From positions 1-49,548 of IMG/VR virus record IMGVR_UViG_3300025706_000008: a stretch of DNA of 49,548 bases; one strand, written 5' to 3'. Numbering within the stretch: position 1 is the first letter of the stretch; each line of letters begins with the position of its first letter. Positions 35,118-43,269 of the stretch are shown here, one piece after another. Source of the stretch: a virus. Made by a program: the position numbers and the translations under genes. A model generated the notes under the pieces. That model had not been told where the DNA came from, searched no databases, and saw only the letters and a list, made by a program, of their open reading frames with translations.

Positions 35118-36865
35118 AATACCAGTCGTCAAATACGAAATCAATTTACATCATTGACTTCGGTACAAAGAATGAACGTCACCTTTGCCCTGAATGTTCG
35201 TCGAACCGACGTAAAAGCAAATCAGAGAAATGTCTGGAATATTACCCGGATACGAATCGCGCTTATTGCTTCCACTGCAATACAACATTTTTCGAATATA
35301 GCCCATACCGGCAAACAAAGGAATACGTTCGGCCTGAATGGAAAAATATTACCAACCTAACGGATAAGGCAGTTCATTATTTTGCCAGCCGCATGATCAG
35401 CCAGGATACGCTGAACGCAGCAAAAATATATTCCGATACTGAATTCATTGCGCAGTTTAAGAAGCCGGTTGAGGTGATATGCTTTCCATATTTTCGTGAT
35501 GATCAACTTGTCAACATAAAATACCGTGGCCCGCAAAAAACATTCAAACTTTCATCCGGTGCTGAACTGATACTCTGGAACCACGACATTCTGAAATCGG
35601 AACGCGAAGTAATTATCACCGAGGGAGAGATGGACGCGCTTTCATTCTGGACGTGCGGGCGCAAGAATGTACTTTCCGTTCCTAACGGCGCAAACAATAA
35701 TCTTGAATATCTTGACAATTCGATTCATTTCTTTGATTCAATCGACACCGTTTACATAGCCGTCGACAACGACAGCAAGGGTATTGTACTGCGTGACGAA
35801 TTGGTTCGCCGCATCGGGGCAGAAAAATGCAAGCTGGTGAATTTCATGGATTGTAAGGATGCAAACGAGTTTCTTCAGAAATACGGCGGATTGGAATTAT
35901 ACACCACTATTGACACGGCCCGATACTTCCCGACAAAAGGAGTTATCACGGTTGACGATTTTTATTCTGACATCATTGATTTGTATGAACACGGTATTCA
36001 GCGCGGAAAAACAATCGGTGATGAAAACATAGACAAATTTATCACTTGGGAAACGGGACGGCTGGCAATAGTTACCGGGATTCCGGGAAGCGGCAAATCT
36101 GAATTTGTCGATTACATCGTGTTGCGACTGAATCTTCAGCACGGATGGAAAGCCGCTTATTTCACACCGGAGAATTACCCGCTGAAATTTCATTATGCAA
36201 AATTGTATGAAAAGACGATAGGTAAAAAATTCGGACGGATATACGGAAATGAATATGATTTCGATATGGCCGCCGAATATATCCGTGAAAACTTCTTTTA
36301 CATTCTTCACGAAAACGATTTCACCGCTGAAAGCATCATTCAGACGGCGCGCATGATGGTGAAGACGCACGGAATAAAGATCCTGGTAATCGACCCGTAC
36401 AACAAAATCGAACACAAATACACCGACACCGAAACGCAATACATAAGCCGTTTTTTGGACATGCTTACCAGTTTCGCCAAGATTAACGATGTGCTGATAT
36501 TCCTGGTCGCGCATCCGAGGAAAATGCAGAAAAACGCATCCGGCAAATATGAGGTTCCTTCATTGTATGACATTTCAGGGTCGGCAAATTTTTACAATAA
36601 GACCGATTACGGAATGTGCGTACACAGGGCGGTGAATGATGATAACATCATGCAGAATCAGCTTACTGTTTACTGGCAGAAAATAAAATTCAAACATTTG
36701 GGTGAGCAGGGAATAACTGAAATGAAATACAATTACAACAATGGCCGGTTTGAAACGGGAGACAAAGACATTAACGCGTGGGATAATACCAATTGGCTGG
36801 TAAAAGCACCGCGAGAAATTGAAATTGATTTTTTTAAACCATCAAATGAAGAAATACCTTTTTAA
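35114..36865 (+). CDS. Bifunctional primase-helicase (zinc finger + TOPRIM + DnaB/gp4-like P-loop)
   Basis: Motifs CPEC...CFHC, ITEGEMDALSF, VDNDSKG and TGIPGSGKSEF. The C-terminus ends NEEIPF. Confidence 0.85.
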   Translation: MKYQSSNTKSIYIIDFGTKNERHLCPECSSNRRKSKSEKCLEYYPDTNRAYCFHCNTTFFEYSPYRQTKEYVRPEWKNITNLTDKAVHYFASRMISQDTLNAAKIYSDTEFIAQFKKPVEVICFPYFRDDQLVNIKYRGPQKTFKLSSGAELILWNHDILKSEREVIITEGEMDALSFWTCGRKNVLSVPNGANNNLEYLDNSIHFFDSIDTVYIAVDNDSKGIVLRDELVRRIGAEKCKLVNFMDCKDANEFLQKYGGLELYTTIDTARYFPTKGVITVDDFYSDIIDLYEHGIQRGKTIGDENIDKFITWETGRLAIVTGIPGSGKSEFVDYIVLRLNLQHGWKAAYFTPENYPLKFHYAKLYEKTIGKKFGRIYGNEYDFDMAAEYIRENFFYILHENDFTAESIIQTARMMVKTHGIKILVIDPYNKIEHKYTDTETQYISRFLDMLTSFAKINDVLIFLVAHPRKMQKNASGKYEVPSLYDISGSANFYNKTDYGMCVHRAVNDDNIMQNQLTVYWQKIKFKHLGEQGITEMKYNYNNGRFETGDKDINAWDNTNWLVKAPREIEIDFFKPSNEEIPF

Positions 36866-36868
36866 ATT

Positions 36869-37861
36869 ATGAAAATTCTATTGATTACGATGAACAAAGC
36901 CGACGCGACCAGCTTTTACAGGGCTGCGGGCGTCGTGCGTGACCTTGAGTCCCAGACGGGCATCACAATCAACGTCCAGGACTGGCAAGACCAGAACATC
37001 ATGTGGCCAGTACTGATAAATTACGACCTGGTATGGATGCAACGGCCCGTGAGCAATGAAGCCGTAAACACCGCGAAGTACATGCGGCAAATGGGAATCC
37101 CGCTGTGGGTGGAATACGACGATGACCTTTTCAACCTGCCAACGACGCACGACCGCTATTCCGTATTTCAGGCAGCGCGTCAAAACATCATCACACTCCT
37201 TCAGATGGCCGCCGTCGTTACGGTATCGACACCCGTCATTAAGGAAAGCTACGAGCCGTATAACGATAACATTGTGGTTATTCCTAACGCCATACAGGAT
37301 GAGATGCTCGTTCCGGCAGAGGTGCCAGTGGGCCGGGTGATGTTGTACCGGGGCATGAAATCACACGAAGATGATGTGTTTGCCTACAATCAGCATTTCC
37401 GAAAGATAATCAGCTCCGGTGCCGAGGTGGTATTCATGACCGGCTTCAACCCGTTGCGATACCTGGGGCGTTGCACGATCATCGACAGCCGCGACATTTA
37501 TCATTATTTCAATTATCTGCGTGACACGCGCCCGCTGGCATTCCTGTTCCCGATGATCGAAAACCAGTTTAACCGCAGCCGGTCAAACATCTGCTGGCTG
37601 GAGGCGACAATGGCAGGGTCGGTGATCATCGCACCCGACTGGCCCGAATTCCACCATCCGGGAATAATACACTGCAATGAGAAGAACTTTCACGAGGTAG
37701 CCACGGCCGTATGGAATGGCAAATACGACACCGAAGATTTGTACCACAAAAGTTACAATTACATTGCCGACAATCTGAAATTAAGCACGGTGAATAAGAT
37801 GAGAGTTGAAATCATTAACAACATAACCAATGGAAAAGCAAATAATCAAGTGCAGAATTGA
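36869..37861 (+). CDS. GT-B fold glycosyltransferase-like protein, acceptor unknown
   Basis: MKILLITMNK N-terminus and ICWLEATMAGSVIIAP C-terminal motif. 330 aa. Confidence 0.45.
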   Translation: MKILLITMNKADATSFYRAAGVVRDLESQTGITINVQDWQDQNIMWPVLINYDLVWMQRPVSNEAVNTAKYMRQMGIPLWVEYDDDLFNLPTTHDRYSVFQAARQNIITLLQMAAVVTVSTPVIKESYEPYNDNIVVIPNAIQDEMLVPAEVPVGRVMLYRGMKSHEDDVFAYNQHFRKIISSGAEVVFMTGFNPLRYLGRCTIIDSRDIYHYFNYLRDTRPLAFLFPMIENQFNRSRSNICWLEATMAGSVIIAPDWPEFHHPGIIHCNEKNFHEVATAVWNGKYDTEDLYHKSYNYIADNLKLSTVNKMRVEIINNITNGKANNQVQN

Positions 37862-38087
37862 CGTTTCAAAGATTGACAAAAAACGGCTACACAAGGGAGA
37901 AAAGGGTATTTATTGCGATTTCACACTGATTGAAAACCGCAACGAATACAGCGATTTCATGATTGTTGAAGACATTACAGCCGATGAACGCAAAGGTGGA
38001 AAGAAAGGAACCATTCTGGGGAATGCTAAAAATGTGGTGAAAAATACATCCGTTACCGAATCTGATAATGATAACATACCATTCTGA
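37830..38087 (+). CDS. Small basic protein with an SSB-type acidic C-terminal tip (SDNDNIPF)
   Basis: 85 aa. The terminal DNIPF resembles the bacterial SSB C-terminus DDDIPF. Confidence 0.5.
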   Translation: MEKQIIKCRIDVSKIDKKRLHKGEKGIYCDFTLIENRNEYSDFMIVEDITADERKGGKKGTILGNAKNVVKNTSVTESDNDNIPF

Positions 38088-38836
38088 TGAGTGAAACAAT
38101 TAACTGGAGTGGTTACGAGTGGCTGACACGGGAGCGGTGGGGATCGATCCATCCCAGTAAGTCGTGGAACTGGTATGATCCAACGGCTATTGAAATAAAC
38201 GATGCCGGTCAGCTACGGTTGAAAATACACCGGAATCCACGTGACTTTGATATTAACGGAAAGATTATTCACAGCGAGTATGGCGCCGGGCTGATTTGTT
38301 GTGATCGGGAGTTCGGATTTGGACATTTTCAGATTGAAGCAATGTTGCCATCTGGTAACTGTCTGTGGCCTGCATGGTGGATGTACCCTCAGCATAAATG
38401 GCCGCCGGAAATTGACATTATTGAGGCATACAGCAAACAGACCGGATACAGGAAATATTCATGGCTACACAAGTATTTTCCACGATGGTTCGATGATGTA
38501 CGGTCGTGGAACATACAAAGTTGCGTGCACACCCGGACAGAGGCGAAGATCAATCAGATACCGGCACGGAATCCCGATCTTGAAGATTATAACGATGACC
38601 CGTCGGCAGGGTTTCACAAGTATGAGATGTTCTGGAGCCAGACGGTTATCAGCTTTTCAATAGATGGTGTATGTGTGCGGCAGGTACTTGACCGAAAGGT
38701 ACTCGATCACTTGGCAAATTATACACCGATGATGGTCATCCTGAATAATCACATTGACGGATTTAACAGAGATAAGTTTGATGTTGATAGTGTCACGCCG
38801 TTTGTAATTAACTATTTCAGATATACGCCGTTATGA
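38087..38836 (+). CDS. Glycoside hydrolase family 16 (beta-glucanase or laminarinase-like)
   Basis: CLWPAWWMYP followed by EIDIIE, which fits the E-[LIV]-D-[LIVF]-x-E catalytic signature. No signal peptide seen. Confidence 0.7.
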   Translation: MSETINWSGYEWLTRERWGSIHPSKSWNWYDPTAIEINDAGQLRLKIHRNPRDFDINGKIIHSEYGAGLICCDREFGFGHFQIEAMLPSGNCLWPAWWMYPQHKWPPEIDIIEAYSKQTGYRKYSWLHKYFPRWFDDVRSWNIQSCVHTRTEAKINQIPARNPDLEDYNDDPSAGFHKYEMFWSQTVISFSIDGVCVRQVLDRKVLDHLANYTPMMVILNNHIDGFNRDKFDVDSVTPFVINYFRYTPL

Positions 38837-39240
38837 CAAAACGAAACAATGAAGCACTGTACCATTACCAACAGGAGTTGAGGAGGTATTGCGACAAACA
38901 GATGATCAGCACCGCCCACTTGGTCAGGATAATGAGCATTTTGTGTAAGGCATGGAATACAGCATTGAGGATTGGATTTGAGGAAGGGATAAAGGGAACA
39001 CACGAACCATCAGTAGAGATTCGTGATGAAATGGATGCTGACATGGAGGATAGTGGAATGGCACAGGGTGAGATTGAAAGCTGCCTAAATCACTGGAGCC
39101 ACAAATATGTAATACAGCGTAAGGAGAAAAATAAATATCACTTGAATTGCAAAAAATGTGGAAAGGCTTATTGGTGTGCTATTGCATTTCCGGTGGATCA
39201 GCTTTGCGAAAACTGTATAGGGGAGGACGAAAAGAAATGA
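38833..39240 (+). CDS. Hypothetical protein with a C-terminal CxxC...CxxC zinc ribbon
   Basis: CKKCGKAYWC...LCENC. Confidence 0.5.
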   Translation: MTKRNNEALYHYQQELRRYCDKQMISTAHLVRIMSILCKAWNTALRIGFEEGIKGTHEPSVEIRDEMDADMEDSGMAQGEIESCLNHWSHKYVIQRKEKNKYHLNCKKCGKAYWCAIAFPVDQLCENCIGEDEKK

Positions 39241-39298
39241 ACGATAACGGTTGGGTATAAGACCAGTAGCGGATTTTGAAACACTAAATTATCAAATT

Positions 39299-39859
39299 AT
39301 GACAGACTTAAATACAAGCATCGAAGCACCGAACACTACTGAAACCGCTATTGGTTTTATACCGTGTTATAACCAGCCTTTTGTCCGAAATAAAAAAGGG
39401 CAATTTGTTAAAACATTAAGTGATGATGAAATACGTATTAGGAAAAATGAGAATACAAAAAGATGGCGTTTAAAAAATAAGGAGAGAGTAAAAGAAATTC
39501 AAAAAAAAAGCAGAAACAGACCAGAATACAGAGAAAATGCAAGTAGATTAAAACTTGAAAGATACCATAAGGGATTAGACAAGCAGTCAATTGATAAATA
39601 TCAAAAATCAGAAAAGGGGAAGATGGCAAGTAAGCGGGCAAAAATAAAATGGTCAAAAAATAATACAGAAAAAATAATTAAAAAGGAACGTAAATTGAGA
39701 GAAGAGTTGAGCGATTGTTATGTTATCAATAAACTAATAAGAGGCACTAATTTAACTGCAAAACAAATAAGAGAAACACCTGAATTAATTGAAATAAAAA
39801 GAATAATAATTAAAACTAAAAGATTATGCAAAACATCACAGAACTTAGAACAAGTTTAG
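39299..39859 (+). CDS. Lysine-rich hypothetical protein (start moved to ATG 39299)
   Basis: The track start 39251 is TTG. Same frame. K/R/E-rich repeats. Confidence 0.5.
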   Translation: MTDLNTSIEAPNTTETAIGFIPCYNQPFVRNKKGQFVKTLSDDEIRIRKNENTKRWRLKNKERVKEIQKKSRNRPEYRENASRLKLERYHKGLDKQSIDKYQKSEKGKMASKRAKIKWSKNNTEKIIKKERKLREELSDCYVINKLIRGTNLTAKQIRETPELIEIKRIIIKTKRLCKTSQNLEQV

Positions 39860-40038
39860 CCGACAACTACGAAAGCATGAAGGCTAAAAAAATGGAATTG
39901 AAATTAGGTAAGGAACTGGCAAATACAGCTGGGAAAATTATCAACTCTCTCAAGATTGAACTGGAATACAATTCAATGATGGATATTAAAAAGACAATTC
40001 CTTTTCTCAGCACGACTAATGAAAGTAGCACGGTTTAA
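39826..40038 (+). CDS. Hypothetical protein
   Basis: ORF only. Confidence 0.4.
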   Translation: MQNITELRTSLADNYESMKAKKMELKLGKELANTAGKIINSLKIELEYNSMMDIKKTIPFLSTTNESSTV

Positions 40039-40102
40039 GGTTGGTTATAACTAAGTGCTAAACACAATGTACGAAATTAACATTATGTAAGGAGTAAAAA
40101 CA

Positions 40103-40333
40103 ATGAAAAGAATAATTGAAATATTAGCCAAAGCGGCTGGTACAGATGAGAAAACAATCACTGACAACAGTGACATATATTGGATTACTCCAGAGCAAGC
40201 TTTGGAAGCCATGAAACGCTTCGGGGAATTAGCTTTTACAGCGGGTTTCTTCTATGCCAATAAGGAGGATAATATTTGGTCAACTACACATCATATGTAT
40301 GATGAATGGTTAAAAGAACAGGAGGAGGAATAG
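40103..40333 (+). CDS. Small hypothetical protein, paralogue family member 1
   Basis: AAGGAG lies 8 nt upstream of the ATG. C-terminal ...THHMYDEWLKEQ. Confidence 0.55.
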   Translation: MKRIIEILAKAAGTDEKTITDNSDIYWITPEQALEAMKRFGELAFTAGFFYANKEDNIWSTTHHMYDEWLKEQEEE

Positions 40334-40335
40334 AA

Positions 40336-40668
40336 ATGAAAGCACAAGAAATTGAACAGGCTGCAAAAAATGTATATCCCCAATGTGATGGTTTAAGAAA
40401 TATCTATAATAATGCAGACAATGATTTAAAAGAAGAAGGATTTGTCAAGGGTGCCAACTTTGTCAATATCAGACAGCCTTATACTGCGGAAGATATGCAA
40501 AGTATTATTAAATATATCATAAATGCCTTGTTTGACGCTAAATCTTCATTGACGTATTCTATAAGTAGAGACAAGTGGATGCAATATGTAGATTATAAAT
40601 GGAAAGAAGTAACAATTACTCATATTCTTAAACTTTGGGAGGTAAGTAAAAATGAAAAACATACCTGA
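40336..40668 (+). CDS. Small hypothetical protein, paralogue family member 2 (start moved to ATG 40336)
   Basis: GGAGGAGG at 40321-40328. YTAEDMQSII...THILKLWEVSK. Confidence 0.55.
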   Translation: MKAQEIEQAAKNVYPQCDGLRNIYNNADNDLKEEGFVKGANFVNIRQPYTAEDMQSIIKYIINALFDAKSSLTYSISRDKWMQYVDYKWKEVTITHILKLWEVSKNEKHT

Positions 40669-40951
40669 TAAGATTTATCTTGTCATTGATACGGGGGGAA
40701 ACAAGGTAAAAGATTTTAAAGAATTGCATGATGTATCATGGTGTAGTGATAGAATCAACAAGGAGGATATTCCATTTTTCAGAAAAGGAAAAGGTTATAA
40801 TGATGAAGATATGGTAAGTTTTGCTAACATGGTATCCATGTATGAGTGTGACCCGGAAACCGGATTGTACTTTCTGCATGGGCAGAAGTACATTAAGGTA
40901 GTTCATAAAACAACTGAATGTCTTTTACGAATTTGGGAGGAAAAGAAATGA
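40652..40951 (+). CDS. Small hypothetical protein, paralogue family member 3
   Basis: GGGAGG at 40637-40642. YNDEDMVSFA...TECLLRIWEEKK. Confidence 0.55.
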   Translation: MKNIPDKIYLVIDTGGNKVKDFKELHDVSWCSDRINKEDIPFFRKGKGYNDEDMVSFANMVSMYECDPETGLYFLHGQKYIKVVHKTTECLLRIWEEKK

Positions 40952-41118
40952 TACGAATAATTGAAATAGATATGTGCAGTAGTTGCCCGTATAACGCCCA
41001 CGACTGTTGCAGAATAGAAGGATACAGAATCATTGTAAGTATCAATGAGAAAACAGGATTCCCTGACTGGTGTCCATTGCCAATTAAAGAAGAAAATAAA
41101 AAGGAGGAACAGAAATGA
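40948..41118 (+). CDS. Small Cys-rich protein (56 aa; start moved to ATG 40948)
   Basis: GGGAGG at 40935-40940. CSSCPYNAHDCC...WCP. Confidence 0.5.
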   Translation: MIRIIEIDMCSSCPYNAHDCCRIEGYRIIVSINEKTGFPDWCPLPIKEENKKEEQK

Positions 41119-41285
41119 ATGAATCATATTATCCAAGCAACGGAACGGAAGGTGTAGGATTTATTTCTAAGTGGTGTGAAAATTGCAAGCGTGACCCTGC
41201 ATCGTTTGGTGGTATGGTTAGTTGCCGATTGCGGGCTGCTTCCATATCAAATTACACAAATTTACAAGCGGGTGGTAACGCTTAA
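41115..41285 (+). CDS. Small Cys-containing protein (56 aa), not in the track
   Basis: AGGAGG at 41102-41107 and an ATGA overlap. MNESYYPSNGTEGVGFISKWCENCKRD... Confidence 0.45.
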   Translation: MNESYYPSNGTEGVGFISKWCENCKRDPASFGGMVSCRLRAASISNYTNLQAGGNA

Positions 41286-41392
41286 ACTTAGTACTAACAC
41301 GGCAATTAACTATACCACGGGTTGTATGCTGGCGTTTTTATCCGCAAAACTTAATTAAATGAACGACAATAGTATTTTTTAAAAGCAGAGCG

Positions 41393-42157
41393 ATGGCAAA
41401 AAAAGATTATATTACAAACAAAACACTATTTGGACAACCAGAAATAATTGGCTTTGGAAGCGATGAATTTTGCGTAAAAGAAATATTTAAGGACTATGCA
41501 AATGATTTGATTAGGAAAAACCATTATAGCCACAAAGTTTATAACGGCACGACAACCCATTTAGGAGTGTATATAAATGGCAAAATACAAGGTGTTTTAC
41601 AATATGGCTATGCAATGAACCCAGCAAGCTGTGGAAGTGTTGTAGAGGGGACGGAAATGAGCCAATATTTAGAACTTAATAGAATGTGGTTAAGTGATGA
41701 AGCCCCAAGAAATAGTGAAAGTATGGCAATAAGCTACAGCCTAAAATTTATAAGAGGAAAAATGCCAAAAATAAAATGGGTTCAAAGCTTTGCGGACGAG
41801 CGTTGTAATTGTTACGGAGTAGTTTACCAAGCATGTAGTTTTAATTTTTATGGTGAACATATTTCAACTTTTTGGACATTAGATGGGGAAGTTTTTCATA
41901 ACTCAATTAAAACAAGCCGAAAAGCGGGGAAACGTGGATTTGATTTACTTAACGCACCCGAAAATAAAGACCGTGTAACAAGTGAAAGTTTACGACAATT
42001 TAGATACATTAAATTTTTAGATGAACGATGGAAAAAGAAATGCTTACTAAAAGAGAAGCCATACCCAAAGCACTATGATAATTCAAACGGTTTTGAAAAA
42101 ACCGAAGCGGGCAGGGCTTTTAAAAAATACGGTAAATTAACCACGAATGTTGATTAA
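41393..42157 (+). CDS. Mom-like / GNAT-fold DNA modification protein candidate
   Basis: KNHYSHKV, YLELNRMWLSDEAPRNSES and VQSFADE...GVVYQACSFNFYG resemble, from memory, proteins annotated as Mom-family adenine methylcarbamoylation proteins. Confidence 0.45.
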   Translation: MAKKDYITNKTLFGQPEIIGFGSDEFCVKEIFKDYANDLIRKNHYSHKVYNGTTTHLGVYINGKIQGVLQYGYAMNPASCGSVVEGTEMSQYLELNRMWLSDEAPRNSESMAISYSLKFIRGKMPKIKWVQSFADERCNCYGVVYQACSFNFYGEHISTFWTLDGEVFHNSIKTSRKAGKRGFDLLNAPENKDRVTSESLRQFRYIKFLDERWKKKCLLKEKPYPKHYDNSNGFEKTEAGRAFKKYGKLTTNVD

Positions 42158-42377
42158 ATGCACCGTCTTACGCTTGCATACAACAAGAAATATAAATGCT
42201 AAAACATCATGTGAAATATTGTTTCGTTCAGTTATTGGTGATACGCCGAAACAATGGATTTGGAAAGAAGGGGGACCGGTTTGTACTTCATTTATTGATT
42301 TCAGGGATCGTACTATTCACCGTAAGAGAAAAATCAAAGGTCAAACAGAATTATTTAAGGAGGAGGAACAGAAATGA
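42147..42377 (+). CDS. Hypothetical protein (uncertain; competes with overlapping ORF 42196..42387)
   Basis: Preferred because its stop forms an ATGA overlap with the next ATG, and its last four residues (EEQK) match those of the 40948 ORF. Confidence 0.3.
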   Translation: MLIKCTVLRLHTTRNINAKTSCEILFRSVIGDTPKQWIWKEGGPVCTSFIDFRDRTIHRKRKIKGQTELFKEEEQK

Positions 42378-42652
42378 GAAATCCTGACGAAATAATTGCC
42401 GACTATTACGCATCGCTTGGGGCTGAAATATCATCACCACTGCGCACCGCCACACCTGCTGAGATAACGCAAAACGCCGGGGTGATGGTGATGACATACA
42501 GGGAGTGTCTTGAAATGCTCACAATCTGCACCAAAGAGGCGAAGGTTGAATTTACAAATGCCGGTTATCAGTTAGGCTACCAAACAGCGATAGATGTTCT
42601 GTTGGCATCTCAGCGTGTACTGAAGGAAATGGACGTATCAACAAAAAACTGA
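42374..42652 (+). CDS. Hypothetical protein
   Basis: AAGGAGGAGG at 42358-42367. Confidence 0.55.
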   Translation: MRNPDEIIADYYASLGAEISSPLRTATPAEITQNAGVMVMTYRECLEMLTICTKEAKVEFTNAGYQLGYQTAIDVLLASQRVLKEMDVSTKN

Positions 42653-42675
42653 CAAAATAAAAAACGTAAAACATT

Positions 42676-42855
42676 ATGGACATTAAAGAAGTAAAAAATC
42701 TAAAAAAAGATTTAGAAAACAAGATTGCTGATTTGCTTAATGAATTTACAGATGAAACAGAAGTAGGGATAATGGATATTTCAATTAATCGTTATTATAT
42801 TGAATCAGAATCAAATCCAATTAATTATAAAATAAGTCTTGATATTAAATTATAA
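42676..42855 (+). CDS. Small hypothetical protein (59 aa), not in the track
   Basis: Hand translation: MDIKEVKNLKKDLENKIADLLNEF...SLDIKL*. Fills the gap. Confidence 0.45.
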   Translation: MDIKEVKNLKKDLENKIADLLNEFTDETEVGIMDISINRYYIESESNPINYKISLDIKL

Positions 42856-42867
42856 TTCACTGACTGA

Positions 42868-43269
42868 ATGAAAACTAACTACCGACGCGTGTATCACCGG
42901 CTTAAGCGGCGATTCCCGGCCATTGAACACATGGTCAACCCGCCAGGGCAGCTGCGGTCATTGGCCGAAATACCGGAACTGTACAACCACTATTTGCAAG
43001 TCGCCGGAATAACGGAAGACGCCATGCGCCGAAACGAAAATAACTACAGGCTGATATTCATTGCCGTAATTACGCGCATGGAAGACCCGCTGTTCTTCTC
43101 CGATAGCGTTGCCGTTAGGAGGGGGCTGAGGTCGGAGTTGTCGAAAATACTGGGGTGTGATCAGACCGTTATCAGCCACGCATTGCAAAGGGTGAAAAAT
43201 TACATGAGTATTTACCCGGAATTTACGTTTCAGGTAGATTATTTTTACGGCAAAATGACAAACGGATGA
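42868..43269 (+). CDS. DnaA domain IV-like HTH protein (second copy)
   Basis: LSKILGCDQTVISHALQRVKNYM parallels the HTH of ORF 33496. Confidence 0.5.
   Translation: MKTNYRRVYHRLKRRFPAIEHMVNPPGQLRSLAEIPELYNHYLQVAGITEDAMRRNENNYRLIFIAVITRMEDPLFFSDSVAVRRGLRSELSKILGCDQTVISHALQRVKNYMSIYPEFTFQVDYFYGKMTNG

Noticed and set aside
41176-41358. Track ORF with a GTG start (60 aa)
   Set aside because: The overlapping frame 41115..41285 has an AGGAGG site and an ATGA overlap with the preceding gene, so it is preferred. Confidence in either is limited.
42196-42387. Alternative ORF overlapping 42147..42377
   Set aside because: Its stop does not couple to the next ATG, whereas the competing frame ends in the conserved AGGAGGAACAGAAATGA junction. 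This remains unresolved without data.
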